Both the position numbers and the translations under genes were made by a program. The notes beneath the pieces were generated by a model. That model saw nothing but the letters and a program-made list of their open reading frames with translations, was not told the origin of the DNA and ran no database searches. Positions 1 to 11,013 of a DNA stretch of 37,263 nucleotides are shown here, one piece after another. The DNA is from Octopus bimaculoides (taxonomy: Eukaryota): contig NC_068982.1 in NCBI RefSeq assembly GCF_001194135.2, positions 83,206,188-83,243,450 of the forward strand. The letters are read 5' to 3'. Position 1 is the first letter of the stretch; each line of letters opens with the position of its first letter.

Positions 1-55
<55 letters not shown>
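1..55. repeat. (TC)n microsatellite
   Basis: Direct reading of the sequence. Confidence 0.98.
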
Positions 56-58
<3 letters not shown>

Positions 59-660
59 CTTGTATGCGTGTATGTATGTGGACTGAAAGAGGTGAGAAAT
101 GTTATCTTTAAGGATTTATTTGAGGCCACAGTAAGAAATAAATCACCATCAATAGTCACAGGTCAGATCAAAATCGAGAAATATAACGACCTTCACATCT
201 CAATGTATAGCGGTGGAAGAAAATGGTTCAGAATACATAAGAGGGCAGCTCTGAGAGCCTGTCAGTGTTTTGGAGTTAGATTAATTTCACCCAAAAACAT
301 TAGCAATATCTGAATACTTTACTTTTATGAGAGACGTGCATTAGTGAACAATAGCGGTTATCAACAGAACAGAACGATAGAGTTTGGCATCAGAATCTAG
401 TTTAACAGATTAAACGTAGATGTAAATATGTTAGACAGCATTAGGGTACATATAATTTGGAGTAGGACTACCCGATGTATAATTGCTTATGATAACAGAA
501 CACACTCACACACACACACACACACACACAAATATCTAATGGTAAACAGTTTAATATTTGATACATTAAAACAAACATACTCAAGAAATAAACTGAATAC
601 ACATACAAAATGTATCACTGGAACAGAAAACTAGTATGCAATAAAAATAATGATGATAAT

Positions 661-982
661 GATTTCAAATTTTTGTCACAGGGCCAGCTTGGGAGAGGGG
701 ATTAAGTCGATTACATCGATTCCAATGCGTAACTGGTACTTATTTAATCTATACCGAAAGAAGAAGAATCCTTTCTACTAATGGCACAAGACCTGATATT
801 TGTGGGAGGAGGAATAGTCGGTTACATCGATCCCAGTATTTCACTGGCACTAAATTTATCGACCCGAAAGGATGAAAAACAAAGTCGACCGCGGCGGAAC
901 TTGAAATCAGAATGTAGCAACGAGCGAAATACCGTTAAACATTTCGTCCAGCCTGCTAACGATTCTGCCAGCTCGCCGCTTC
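661..982 (+). mobile_element. Two tandem copies (partial 661-760, fuller ~767-982) of a ~210-bp SINE-like dispersed repeat
   Basis: Shares blocks (ttcaaattt, gattac, actggtacttattt, cgaaaggatgaaa, caaagtcga, gctaacgattctgccagctc) with the copy at 8189-8401; bordered by AAT/GAT-type repeats. Confidence 0.8.
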
Positions 983-1064
983 AATAAAAGTAATAATAAT
1001 AATGATAATTGTAACAACAAGTAATAAAAAATTACATGACACGTGTGTTTATATATGTTTGTCT

Positions 1065-1615
1065 ACGTTTTCCCGCAAATCACAGGTACAGAAAAATATT
1101 TAAAGGGCGCTCAGCCAAATTATCACAAAGCTACTGTTCCAATATGTGCATGCAAATACCACCCAAAGCCTACTCCCGCTTGTAACGGTCGAGAACCATG
1201 AACCCGTTCACTTAACTAGAGGTACATGATTGAATCCGTCATATATGAAGCAGAGGTTACAACAACGCTAGATGATAACATAACCGAAAAGAAGAGCTAC
1301 ATCATGCTATGTGAAGGCGATTTCAAAAATGGCTATGTTAACCACATATCTTCCTTCCAGCAAAAGGTTAGTTGGCTATCCACGTATGGGTTTGAAGTCT
1401 AACGTCACACCACATACAATCAAGTGAAAATAGTTGAAAAGTCCACATCGTAAGTTAACAGATACAAAAAAGATATGTCATGCGTAGCTCAAAGACTGCA
1501 GATCCCTTTCAGATCAAAGGTCTCCACTGCAATGCTGAATTGAGATCTGAAATTTTCAGCGGGTGTAAACATATGACTAAATTCCTGTTGGTGAATTCGA
1601 AAATATCACCCTCTC
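1065..1615 (+). mobile_element. Penelope-like element, degenerate GIY-YIG endonuclease/C-terminal region
   Basis: Manual translation gives FPANHRYRKIF, then 1226-1402 MIESVIYEAEVTTT...KSYIMLCEGDFKNGYVNHISSF, then LRSEIFSGCKHMTKFLL; these match the PLE linker, GIY-YIG and terminal CxH motifs. Confidence 0.75.
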
Positions 1616-2269
1616 CAGATTGAGCAGCTGTACCGTAGATTCTAGACCCCTATCCATTTAGACTAATGACTTTCCGGTCAAAAAGGACATAACTCTAATT
1701 CTCCTCCCACCCATTTTTTCTGTTCCCTTTTTCTCTTATTTTTCTTATTCCATCATTCTGTTTTAGCTTGTTATGCCATGTGGGCAAAGTCTGAGGATTG
1801 CACTAAGGTACCATACGTGTTATAAAATGCTGTCTCAGTTGTTTTCATCGCATAAAATTATTAGTAGCTCATAAAAATTTATACTGCGTTTATTAAATAA
1901 TATTTATCTCTCACCAGGTAGAGTACTTTTTTGTTCATCTTACCTTCACGGAACTTCAGTAAAAGTATNNNNNNNNNNNNNNNNNNNNNNNNNNNNNNNN
2001 NNNNNNNNNNNNNNNNNNNNNNNNNNNNNNNNNNNNNNNNNNNNNNNNNNNNNNNNNNNNNNNNNNNNNNNNNNNNNNATATATATTATATATTATATTA
2101 TATTATATCATATTATATTATATTATATTATATTATACAATAAAAGAGAAACAGATTTCCGTCAATCTGTCCGTCACATCTATTAAAAAGAAGGGAGGAA
2201 GGAGGGAATCAAAATACACGTCACAACGTATTTTAAGGCGCGAGAAAAAGTTTCTGTTGAGAAAGAAAA

Positions 2270-2350
2270 TGTGTGAGTGTGTGTATGTGTGTGTGTTTGT
2301 GTGTGTGTGTGTGTATGTGTGTGTGTGTATGTGTGTGTGTGTGTGTGTGT

Positions 2351-2381
<31 letters not shown>
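2270..2381. repeat. Compound (GT)n-(GATA)n microsatellite
   Basis: Direct reading. Confidence 0.95.
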
Positions 2382-2399
2382 CAGTAGGTAGGTAGTGTT

Positions 2400-3300
2400 A
2401 CCATAGTAACTAACAAGTTTTGATTTAAAACGAGGGAATTTTAAGAGCAAGTTTGTCAAAACAATGCAAGACACTACAAAAAAGTGTCTAATTATATCGA
2501 AAATAAGGATTTCACCACACCTGCATATCTTTTCAAACAAAACTGAAAAGCTCTCCTGCGTCCCGGTGGAAACGTATACCGACCTTATATCAAAGGAACT
2601 TAACGCAAATTATAAACATGCATATAAAAACACTCTTAAGTGCATTAACAACATCCACTGTACGCTCATCACTGATCTAAGTTTACTAAATAGAATTGAA
2701 CCATATACATCTACCCGCTCACACACACACACACGCACACACACTCACACACTTCACCCTGAACAACCACAACCCCAACTTCCCCACCAAGCTTTCTTTT
2801 ATACTGATCTTCCCCACTAAAGCAGAATTGGGTCGAATTACCAAGTACATTATCGACCGAATTCTACCCCTGGTTAGGTTTCACTCTCTTCCTGATAAAC
2901 AGCACACTATTTTCCTTCAGTTTGACATCTCTAATTACTATTCTTCCATATTACCTATTCTCTTAAATAAAGCCTTAATCTTCGTTCCAAAGTACGCACC
3001 TATCTCTCGATCTGACATTGATACAATCCTGATTGCTAGGAAAACACAAATTCACTTTAAGGATAATTGCTGGACCCGCAACTCATCTACCGATTTCTTC
3101 GATATAACTATGGGCTCCTCTGACTCAGCCCAATTGACCTAGTATACCTATTTCTTTAAAATTCTAAACTCAAACTTCCCACCACAACATAAATACTATC
3201 CTATCTTCAATAAATCTCCTGTTCCACCACACCTAATTTAGGATCCATAATTACCTGCCCTAACAGACGCAAACTAAAACGCCAGTCCTTAAAAGCTGTT
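2400..3300 (+). mobile_element. Penelope-like reverse transcriptase remnant (frameshifted, internal deletion, internal (CA)n)
   Basis: TLNNHNPNFPTKLSFILIFPTKAELGRITKYIIDRI, FLQFDISNYYSSI and FFDITMGSSDSAQ match PLE RT motifs; NFPPQHKYYPIFNK follows. Confidence 0.85.
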
Positions 3301-3404
3301 ATCTCTCCCACTGCACCTCACCTTAATCCATCTAGTGGAAATATTATAACCCTTAGTGACTCCATTCAACTCAATAATAACAAACTCAAGGCATCTTCCC
3401 AGGA

Positions 3405-3940
3405 AAATGAGGTAACGGGTGCTTGATACCAACGGGAAAGGTAATGAACGAGAAGGGGAAGGCAAAAATCCTCTGGGACTTTGACTTCCAGATAGACAAG
3501 GTGTTAAAGCACCGAAGGCCGAATATAGTAACCTTTAGGAGAGACAAATAAAGGTGTCTAATAATTGACGAGGCAGTGCCAGGAGATGAATATATCATCA
3601 TGACAGAAAGAGAAAAGTTTGTTAAATATGGAGGCCTGAGAATTGAGATCGCTAAAATGTGGCAGCTACGAGAGTAAAACATAAAGGTTGTCCCTATTAT
3701 CATCGGAGCATTGGATTTAATACCACCCAATCTGAAAAAAAACATCTGAAAACCTTAGAAATACCCTACAATCTAGATGTATTGCAAAAGTCGGTATTAC
3801 TTGGAACTGCACGCATATTGTGTAAAGTACTGACTGTCTGAGGTCCTTGTTGTGACTTGACAAACAGTACAAATCCCCGTAGACACAATATCTTCAATCA
3901 ACAACCTCACAATATTATATACTGTACGATGTATAATAAT
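3405..3940 (+). mobile_element. R4/Dong-like RLE non-LTR retrotransposon, 5'-truncated 3' end
   Basis: KILWDFDFQIDKVLKHRRPNIV...IIDEAVPGD...KYGGLRIEI...VVPIIIGAL...LQKSVLLGTARILCKVL* is a restriction-like endonuclease C-terminus; short 3' UTR ends in taataat. Confidence 0.85.
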
Positions 3941-3948
3941 TTGATAAT

Positions 3949-4340
3949 ACCACACAGTAGTTGGAGCAAAGATAGCAACTCAAGACGGTTACGATACCAA
4001 TGATTGTAGGAGGACTTGAAATGATCAGTAAAGGAGCTGAAAATTATTTGAGAATGATCCCTGGATTATCATTCACGGAGGAAGCGTAAAAGATTGTATA
4101 AACTGGTATGTCATACGTATTGAGAAGAGTATTGTCGCTGTGAATATTATTTCCTTTTTTGCCCTTTATTTTCTTTATTTACTTTTATATATTTTTTATT
4201 TTTCTGTCTTTCTTCCCCCTTTTTTATCACACGACTTTGTAAATGAACAATATGGTGTTATTATTTCAATGACCAACAAATGTATACAGTGCGTGTTTCT
4301 GTCCTAGGTGTCAGGAAGGCACTCGGCAAATAATAATAAT
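3949..4340 (+). mobile_element. R4/Dong-like element, short 3' end of a second subfamily
   Basis: TIPMIVGGLEMISKGAENYLRMIPG...YVLRRVLSL*, then 3' UTR ending in (AAT)4. Confidence 0.7.
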
Positions 4341-4944
4341 TAACGGAACCCATAGCAAAACCAAGCAAAAAAACGACGGACAGATAATCATGAATACTAT
4401 AAAATAGTTGATTTAGGAGTTACACACACACACATACATAATACTATGCAACACCCCCCTAAAATCTTACAAGAATAAACTCATACTGTAAATACCCAAC
4501 AAAATGAACAGAACCCACATCATATGCCATAGAATGCCGATACCAGACAGAAGAACACAACTTGCGCTACACAAACAACACACATGATAAAAACTAATAC
4601 AACCGAAGATTCAAACAAAACCCATAACAAAACGTACTAATACAATACAATATCCCTCCACCGCCCCAAAAATGCAGCACACAGCACACCACCAGCACAA
4701 AGGTGCAACAAATGATGCGATAGAAAGTTGCTTGAAACTTTTAGTTGTCGAGAAATAATAATAGTGGTGATGACGATGGTGACGAACGTTACCTTACTTC
4801 ACTTTATTAGAGAGAGGAGTTTCCAAAAAAAACTCTTGTTGTAACAGCGAAAGTGAAGCAGGATTTTTAAGGGAAGGCCTCTCGTGCGGCAATGAATCAG
4901 TAAAGATGCAGACTGACCACAGCTGTCATCCTAATACAGCATCA

Positions 4945-4992
4945 GCAGATGAACCAGCAGATGAACCAGCAGATGAACTAGCAGATGAACCA
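4945..4992 (+). repeat. 12-bp minisatellite GCAGATGAACCA x4 (one variant) in the LINE 5' region
   Basis: Direct reading. Confidence 0.95.
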
Positions 4993-7783
4993 GCGAAGAA
5001 AACAGGATAGTGATACAGTGCTGCTTTGAAAGTGAACCTAAAAGAAGGGGCTATAGAAAACGGATGGAGAAGGGTATGTTTAAAGTGACTGAGCAGAAAT
5101 TAGTTGATCAAGCTAATGCCATTAGGAGAAGAAAGTGGATGATTGAACTGGGAGTAGAAGAGATCACAAGAGAACTGGAAAAGAAAGATCAGTCAATGAG
5201 AAAGACAAACAACAACATGAGAGATACATTTCAAACCAAAGAGGAACCTAAGGAAAAAAATGATAATAGCGCTACCAATAAGGAAAGGACAACTGGCACC
5301 AACGACTTAAGTAATTTAAGTGAAAAAGATCAGAAGATTTTAGAAGAGTTGCAGGAAATAATGAGTAAAGAAGTAAGAAAAGATTGCCAGCAATAAAAGA
5401 CAAGGGAAGGAAGGTACAAGAAATGACTAAGAAAGTAAATTCAGTTATCAGGAGGATAGATACTAAAAATATAAAAGTCACTAACTTATTAGTCTATGCA
5501 GGAAGGGTAGTAGTCGCCAGAAGGAAAGATTAAAAAAGAGCAAATGTGGAAAAGGAGATTACAAAATAAAGTGAAGGCTTTAAGACAAGATCTGAGTAGA
5601 ATAGAAACCTAGAAACTTAACAAGGTAGGAAACACAAGATGCAAATCTTCCCTCGAGAAAAGATATTTAGTCAAAGATAAAGGATTTGAGACAGTAATAG
5701 AAGAGTTGATACAGCGTATCAAAGCAGGGAAGCTCTCCAGATATCAAAAAATAATAGATCAGTATCAACAGAATAGATTATTTGAGACAGACCAGAGGAG
5801 ATTTTATAACCAAATAAATAGTGGAGAACGAAGTACTGAAGATGAGAGCCCTAATGCAGAGGAAGCTAGAAAGTTCTGGAGTAATATTTGGGAAAAACCA
5901 ATTAATCATAATGGAGATGCAGTATGGTTTAAGTAAGTGAGGGAAGAAACAGCCAGATCTAAGATTAACTGGTGCATTAATGAGTCAAATGTTAGGAAAA
6001 ATGCCAAATTGGAAGGGCCCAGAACCAGATTTAGTTCAAGGGTACAGGATAAAGAAATTCAGTAATTTACATGGGAGGCTGAGGGAACAACTTCAGGATT
6101 GCCTTAATAGGGGAATAATATCAGATTGGATGACTAAAGGGAGGACAATACTCATTGTGAAGGATAAGGCTAGCAGCTATAGACTAATCACTTGCTTATT
6201 AATTATTAGCGTGGAAACTGTTAACAGGAATGCTTTCAGAAAGCATTCACGAGCACCTTGACAACCAAAATTTATTATCAGAAGAACTGAAATGTTGCAG
6301 GAAGAAGGTTAGAGAGACGCATGATCTATTATATATAGACAAAGCAGTTCTAAATGAAGTAAAAGCTAGAAAGAAAAATCTAACAATCGCATGGATAGAT
6401 TATGGGAAAGACTATGACATGATCCCACACTCATGGATAAGTGAGTGTTTGAGTATGTTCAGTATAGCAGACAACATAAGAGAATTAATTAGCTGTAGCA
6501 TGAGGAAATGGAAAGTAGATCTCTATTCAGGTGACACAAACTTAGGGAAAGTTAATGTCAAAAGAGGAATTTTCCAGGGGGACTCGTCGTCCCTTTAATA
6601 TCTGTTCTATGTTTGATACCTCTCAGTTTAGTATTAAGGAAGGCAAATGCAGGGTATCAGTTCAGAAATAGTAATTCGCTCTATATGGATGATCTGAAGC
6701 TTTTCAGTAAGAATGAAAAAGTAAATTCCTTAATACAGATTGTAAGACTCTTCATCAAAGATATAGGCATGGAATTTTGCATAGATAAGCATGCAATATT
6801 AGTCATGAGAAGGGACAGGTAGTCAACAGCGGAGGCATCCAATTACCAGATGACCAGACATTAAAATTCTTGAAAGAAGTAAAGAGTTATAAGTATCTAG
6901 GAGTATTAGAATCTGACTGAGTACTAATTACAGAAATGAAAACGAAAATTGACGAGTACCTCAGAAGGGTGAGGAAGCTAATGAAGTCAAAGCTAAATGG
7001 TCCGATTCTAGTAAAGGCTGGAAATACTTGAGCAGTATCATTACTTAGATACACAGCAGCTTTTATAGATTGAATAAAAGCTAAATTAGCAAAGTTAGAC
7101 AGAAGAATGGAGGACTCCACCCAAGAACAGGAGTAGCATGATTATACCTACCTAGAAAGGAAGGCGAAAGAGGGTTAATATCAGTAGAAGACTGTGTGGA
7201 GTTAGTTAGAGTAGATATAGACTCCTATGTAGGTAATAGTGAAGAAAGTTTATTAAAAGCTGCTAGAGTCGCAGCAAGACATAGGGAAACCAAAACGCCA
7301 AACGAAGTTTAAATCCAGAAAAAAGAACAAAAGTTATCTGACTGACAGGAGAAGGCTTTGCATGGTAGATTCCCAAAGATAGTTTCAGCAAATAGTAGTA
7401 GTGAGACATAGTTATGGCTGTAGAAGGGAAAGCTGAAGAGGGAGAAAGAAAGTTTCTTAGTAGCTGCGCAAGATCAAACATTAAGGACTAGTTGGATAAA
7501 AGCCAAAATAGACAAAAACTAAATAGATTCTCAATGTAGATTATGCAAATCAAAAGAGGAAATCGTTACTCATATAGTAAGTGAATGTAGCATGGTGGCA
7601 CAGAAAGAGTACAAGAAAAAAATGACAATCTAAGGAGAGTAATCCACTGGGAGCTTTGTAGAAAGCTAGGATTTGAACATATTGATAAATGGTATAAACA
7701 TGAACCTAGTAAAGTACTAGAAAGTAAGAAGGAATTTTAACATTCAGACTAACAGAGTAACAGAAGCTAGAAGGCCTGATTTG

Positions 7784-7840
<57 letters not shown>
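7784..7840 (+). repeat. (GTA)19 in-frame expansion inside the RLE PD motif
   Basis: AGG CCT GAT TTG (GTA)19 GAT AAA GAG reads RPDL-V19-DKE. Confidence 0.95.
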
Positions 7841-7841
<1 letters not shown>

Positions 7842-8188
7842 ATAAAGAGAATAGAAAGTGCCAGATAATTCACTTTACAGTCCCAAATGATGGAAAAATT
7901 AATGAGAAGTATAGAAAAAATAACAAAGTACCAGGACCTAGCTATTGAATTACAGAGACTATGGAAAATGCGGGTAAAAGGTATCCCAATAGTTATAGGT
8001 TCATTGTGAACTATCCCTAAAGATCTGGACAGATGGATAGAGGAAATAGGCATAAATCCCAGTTTAGTACAGCTGCAGAAAACAGTGTTATTAGAGACAG
8101 ATAGGACACTAAGAGGGTTCTTGGCATCTAAGACAACTTGTTGTAGCCCGATGTTAGGATTATTTTCTTTTCCAATAATAATAATAAT

Positions 8189-8400
8189 GGTTTCAAATTT
8201 TGCGACAAGGGCCGCAATTTCGGGGGAGGGGATGATTCGATTACGTCAACTGCAGTCCTCAACTGGTACTTATTTTATCGACTCTGAAAGGATGAAAGGC
8301 AAAGTCGATCTCGGTGGAATTTGAACTCAAAACGGAGCGACGGGCAAAATACTGCTAAGCATTTCATCCAGCATGCTAATGATTCCGCCAGCTCACTGCT

Positions 8401-8401
<1 letters not shown>
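8189..8401 (+). mobile_element. SINE-like repeat, same family as 661-982
   Basis: Homologous to 661-982 and flanked by (AAT)n on both sides. Confidence 0.8.
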
Positions 8402-8431
<30 letters not shown>

Positions 8432-8882
8432 NNNNNNNNNNNNNNNNNNNNNNNNNNNNNNNNNNNNNNNNNNNNNNNNNNNNNNNNNNNNNNNNNNNNN
8501 NNNNNNNNNNNNNNNNNNNNNNNNNNNNNNNNNNNNNNNNNNNNNNNNNNNNNNNNNNNNNNNNNNNNNNNNNNNNNNNNNNNNNNNNNNNNNNNNNNNN
8601 NNNNNNNNNNNNNNNNNNNNNNNNNNNNNNNNNNNNNNNNNNNNNNNNNNNNNNNNNNNNNNNNNNNNNNNNNNNNNNNNNNNNNNNNNNNNNNNNNNNN
8701 NNNNNNNNNNNNNNNNNNNNNNNNNNNNNNNNNNNNNNNNNNNNNNNNNNNNNNNNNNNNNNNNNNNNNNNNNNNNNNNNNNNNNNNNNNNNNNNNNNNN
8801 NNNNNNNNNNNNNNNNNNNNNNNNNNNNNNNNNNNNNNNNNNNNNNNNNNNNNNNNNNNNNNNNNNNNNNNNNNNNNNNNNN

Positions 8883-9331
8883 CTAAATGCAAAAGAAATA
8901 GACAGAGAAAAATCCCAGCAATGGTTGAGAAGCTCAGGACCCAAAGCAGAGACTGAAGGATTTTTAATTGCTGCACAAGACCAAAGCCTCCCCACCAGAA
9001 ATTACCAAAAACATATAATGAAAAGAAACATAGCAAGTAACTTCAGAATATGTGGCGATGGACAAGAAACAATAAATCATATTATCTCTGGCTGCCCAGA
9101 GATAATATGATTTATTATAATACCAGCAGATGACAACGTTTCGCTAAAAGAAATGGAGAAACTTTCAAACTACAAAGACCTGGAAATAGAGGTAACTCGA
9201 ATGTGGAATCTAAAAACAGAAACAATTCCTATCATAATAGGTGCCTCAGGTATAATAAAAAAATATTCAGACAAATACATAACAAAAACACCAGGACTTA
9301 CAAATATATATAACATACAGAAAATTGCACA
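8883..9331 (+). mobile_element. R4/Dong-like fragment (knuckle plus RLE, internally deleted), cut off by the palindrome arm
   Basis: SQQWLRSSGPKAETEGFLIAAQDQSLPTR..FRICGDGQETINHIISGCP; KYKDLEIE-like SNYKDLEIEVTRMW..TIPIIIGA..IQKIAH. Confidence 0.88.
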
Positions 9332-9532
9332 TTTACTGTTCGCGTGCTCCAAATTCTTCCTATTTCAAACTTTAAGGAATTGTATTTTTTTTGTCTTTCT
9401 TCCTCTTTCTATACGATCCTGGAATCAAACGGGCACGATGCGTCGATAAGTAAGCAACTTCACTTTTCCTTATCTATAATCGTTGTACATTAGTTACAAT
9501 TGACGGATATTTGTCCTCACCTTGTTTGTTGT

Positions 9533-9581
9533 TAACACAACGCTTCGGCTGATATACCCTCCAGACTTCATCAGGTGCCTT
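9533..9581 (-). ncRNA. Degenerate minimal type I hammerhead ribozyme motif (left arm)
   Basis: Minus strand reads ggcac CTGATGA agtctg gagggtatat cagcc GAAG cgtt gtgtt; CUGAUGA is intact but GAAA is mutated to GAAG. Confidence 0.55.
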
Positions 9582-9752
9582 GGGGAAATGTCAAACCTGG
9601 GTTCTCATTCCTAAGGTACTTTTCGATGTTGTTATTATTATTATTATCATTATTATTATTGTTGTTGTTGTTGTTGTTGTTGTTGCTGTTGTTATTATTA
9701 TTGTTATTATTATTATTCAAGTCGCTTCCTGGAATCGAACTCGGAATCTTGG

Positions 9753-9807
9753 GGTTAAGAGCGCGGGCTACTAACCCCAAGATTCCAAGTTCGATTCCAG
9801 GTAGCGA

Positions 9808-9811
<4 letters not shown>
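9753..9811 (+). mobile_element. 5'-truncated tRNA-derived SINE-like head (inverted partial copy at 9717-9757)
   Basis: ggttaagagc (D-arm like), ggg-ctactaa-ccc (anticodon-arm like), aagattccaaGTTCGATTCC (T-arm / B box); no acceptor stem or A-box start, so not a functional tRNA. Confidence 0.7.
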
Positions 9812-9869
<58 letters not shown>

Positions 9870-9913
9870 TCGAAAAATACCTGAGGAATGAAAACCCAAG
9901 TTCGAAATTTCTG

Positions 9914-9959
9914 CAAGATACTTGAAGGCTGGAGGGTATATCAGCCGAAACGTTATGTT
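9914..9959 (+). ncRNA. Degenerate minimal hammerhead motif (right arm)
   Basis: gatac ttgaa GGCTG gagggtatat CAGCC GAAA CGTT atgtt; stem II, GAAA and palindromic AACGTT are intact but the CUGAUGA core is partly deleted. Confidence 0.5.
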
Positions 9960-10009
9960 AACAACAAACAAAATGAAGATAAATATCCGTCAATTGTAAC
10001 TAATGTACA

Positions 10010-10409
10010 ACGATTATAGATAAGGAAAAGCGAAGTTGCTTACCCATCGTGCCCATTTGATTCCAGGATCGTATAGAAAGAGGAAGAAAGACAAAAAAAA
10101 TACAATTCCTTAAAGTTTGAAATAGGAAGAATTTGGAGCACGCGAACAGTAAAGGTCGTGCCTATAATAACTGGTGCGTTGGGAACGGTAAGCCAAGATA
10201 TAGACAAATGACTGCAGGAGATTGAAATGGAATGCCCGGTAGAGATCCTACAGAAGGTTTCTCTCTCGGGAACAGCAAGGATTATCAGGAGGGTACAAAG
10301 CACTTGAAAGACTACTGAAAACTTGTGGATACCTAAGGTTTCAGGTAGTAACCTGCTACCCACATAAATCCTACCAAGAATAAGACTGAACCTGAGTCAA
10401 ACCAAAACA

Positions 10410-10410
<1 letters not shown>
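10010..10410 (+). mobile_element. R4/Dong-like RLE 3' end
   Basis: IIDKEKRSCL..SCPFDSRI..KYNSLKFEIGRIW..VKVVPIITGALGTV..LQKVSLSGTARIIRRV* plus 3' UTR. Confidence 0.85.
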
Positions 10411-10496
<86 letters not shown>

Positions 10497-10949
10497 TTGA
10501 CTTTTGCTTTGTAATTGTACAAGTTGACTCCAAGTCTCACCCAGAGACCTCAAGTGACAAGTTAGAAGTTCAAGTTAGTACTATGCCTAGGGTGTCATAT
10601 ATTTGGTTTTGCAAATTGTATTGTTCTAGAGAATGTTTAAGAAAACATAAGAAAATTATAAGTTTGAGATTACACAGACAGTATTTTACGTAGGGCAGTT
10701 CTCATGAGCACTATCATTTGAATTTCTGCCATTTTGGGGTTTCCTGGTATCTGAGCTAGGTAGGAATCAGCCCCTTTTGCTACCATTCCTAGGGCACCTA
10801 TGACAACAGGTACTGTTTTAGTCTTAAGGTTCCACATTTTGCTAATTTCTATTTCAAGATCTTTATACTTGCTCAGTTTTTGGTAGGTCTTGAGAAATAC
10901 ATTTATGCCGATTGGGACAGTAATATCAATAAGGAGGCATATTATTTTC

Positions 10950-10951
<2 letters not shown>
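10411..10951 (-). mobile_element. R4/Dong-like RLE 3' end with (AAT)n tail (tail 10411-10491)
   Basis: CLLIDITVPIGINV..KLSKYKDLEIEISKMWNLKTKTVPVVIGALG..LRKILSV*. Confidence 0.88.

Positions 10952-11013
<62 letters not shown>

Larger units (their letters stand above)
4780..8188 (+). mobile_element. Near full-length, decayed R4/Dong-like LINE (RT, CCHC knuckle, RLE); 5' boundary approximate
   Basis: N-terminal RGYRKRM/EQKLVDQ motif; RT motifs KMPNWKGPEPD, AWIDYGKDYDMIPHSW, GIFQGDS, YMDDLKLF; AAQDQTLRT and CRLC..HIVSEC knuckle; RRPDL..DKE RLE; LQKTVLLETDRTLR; (AAT)5 tail; many stops and frameshifts. Confidence 0.92.
9332..10153. repeat. ~820-bp imperfect palindrome (arms 9332-9757 and 9772-10153, 14-nt spacer)
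   Basis: The arms are reverse complements throughout, e.g. tttactgttcgcgtgctccaaattcttcc vs ggaagaatttggagcacgcgaacagtaaa, with scattered substitutions and different (AAT)n lengths. Confidence 0.95.

Noticed and set aside
68-634. Short ORFs at the window start
   Set aside because: No recognisable motifs or splice context; likely random.
4780-4930. Possible HDV-like ribozyme at the 5' end of the long R4-like element (gcc-tctcgtgc-ggc resembles P3/L3)
   Set aside because: Could not find a convincing P2 partner, P1.1 GG or J4/2; an RNA motif search on the family consensus would be needed.
9753-9811. Functional tRNA gene
   Set aside because: The 5' acceptor strand and A box are missing, the anticodon stem is mispaired, and it is part of a repeat.
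9571-9925. Mirror ORFs with poly-L/poly-N
   Set aside because: Artefacts of (AAT)n within the palindrome.
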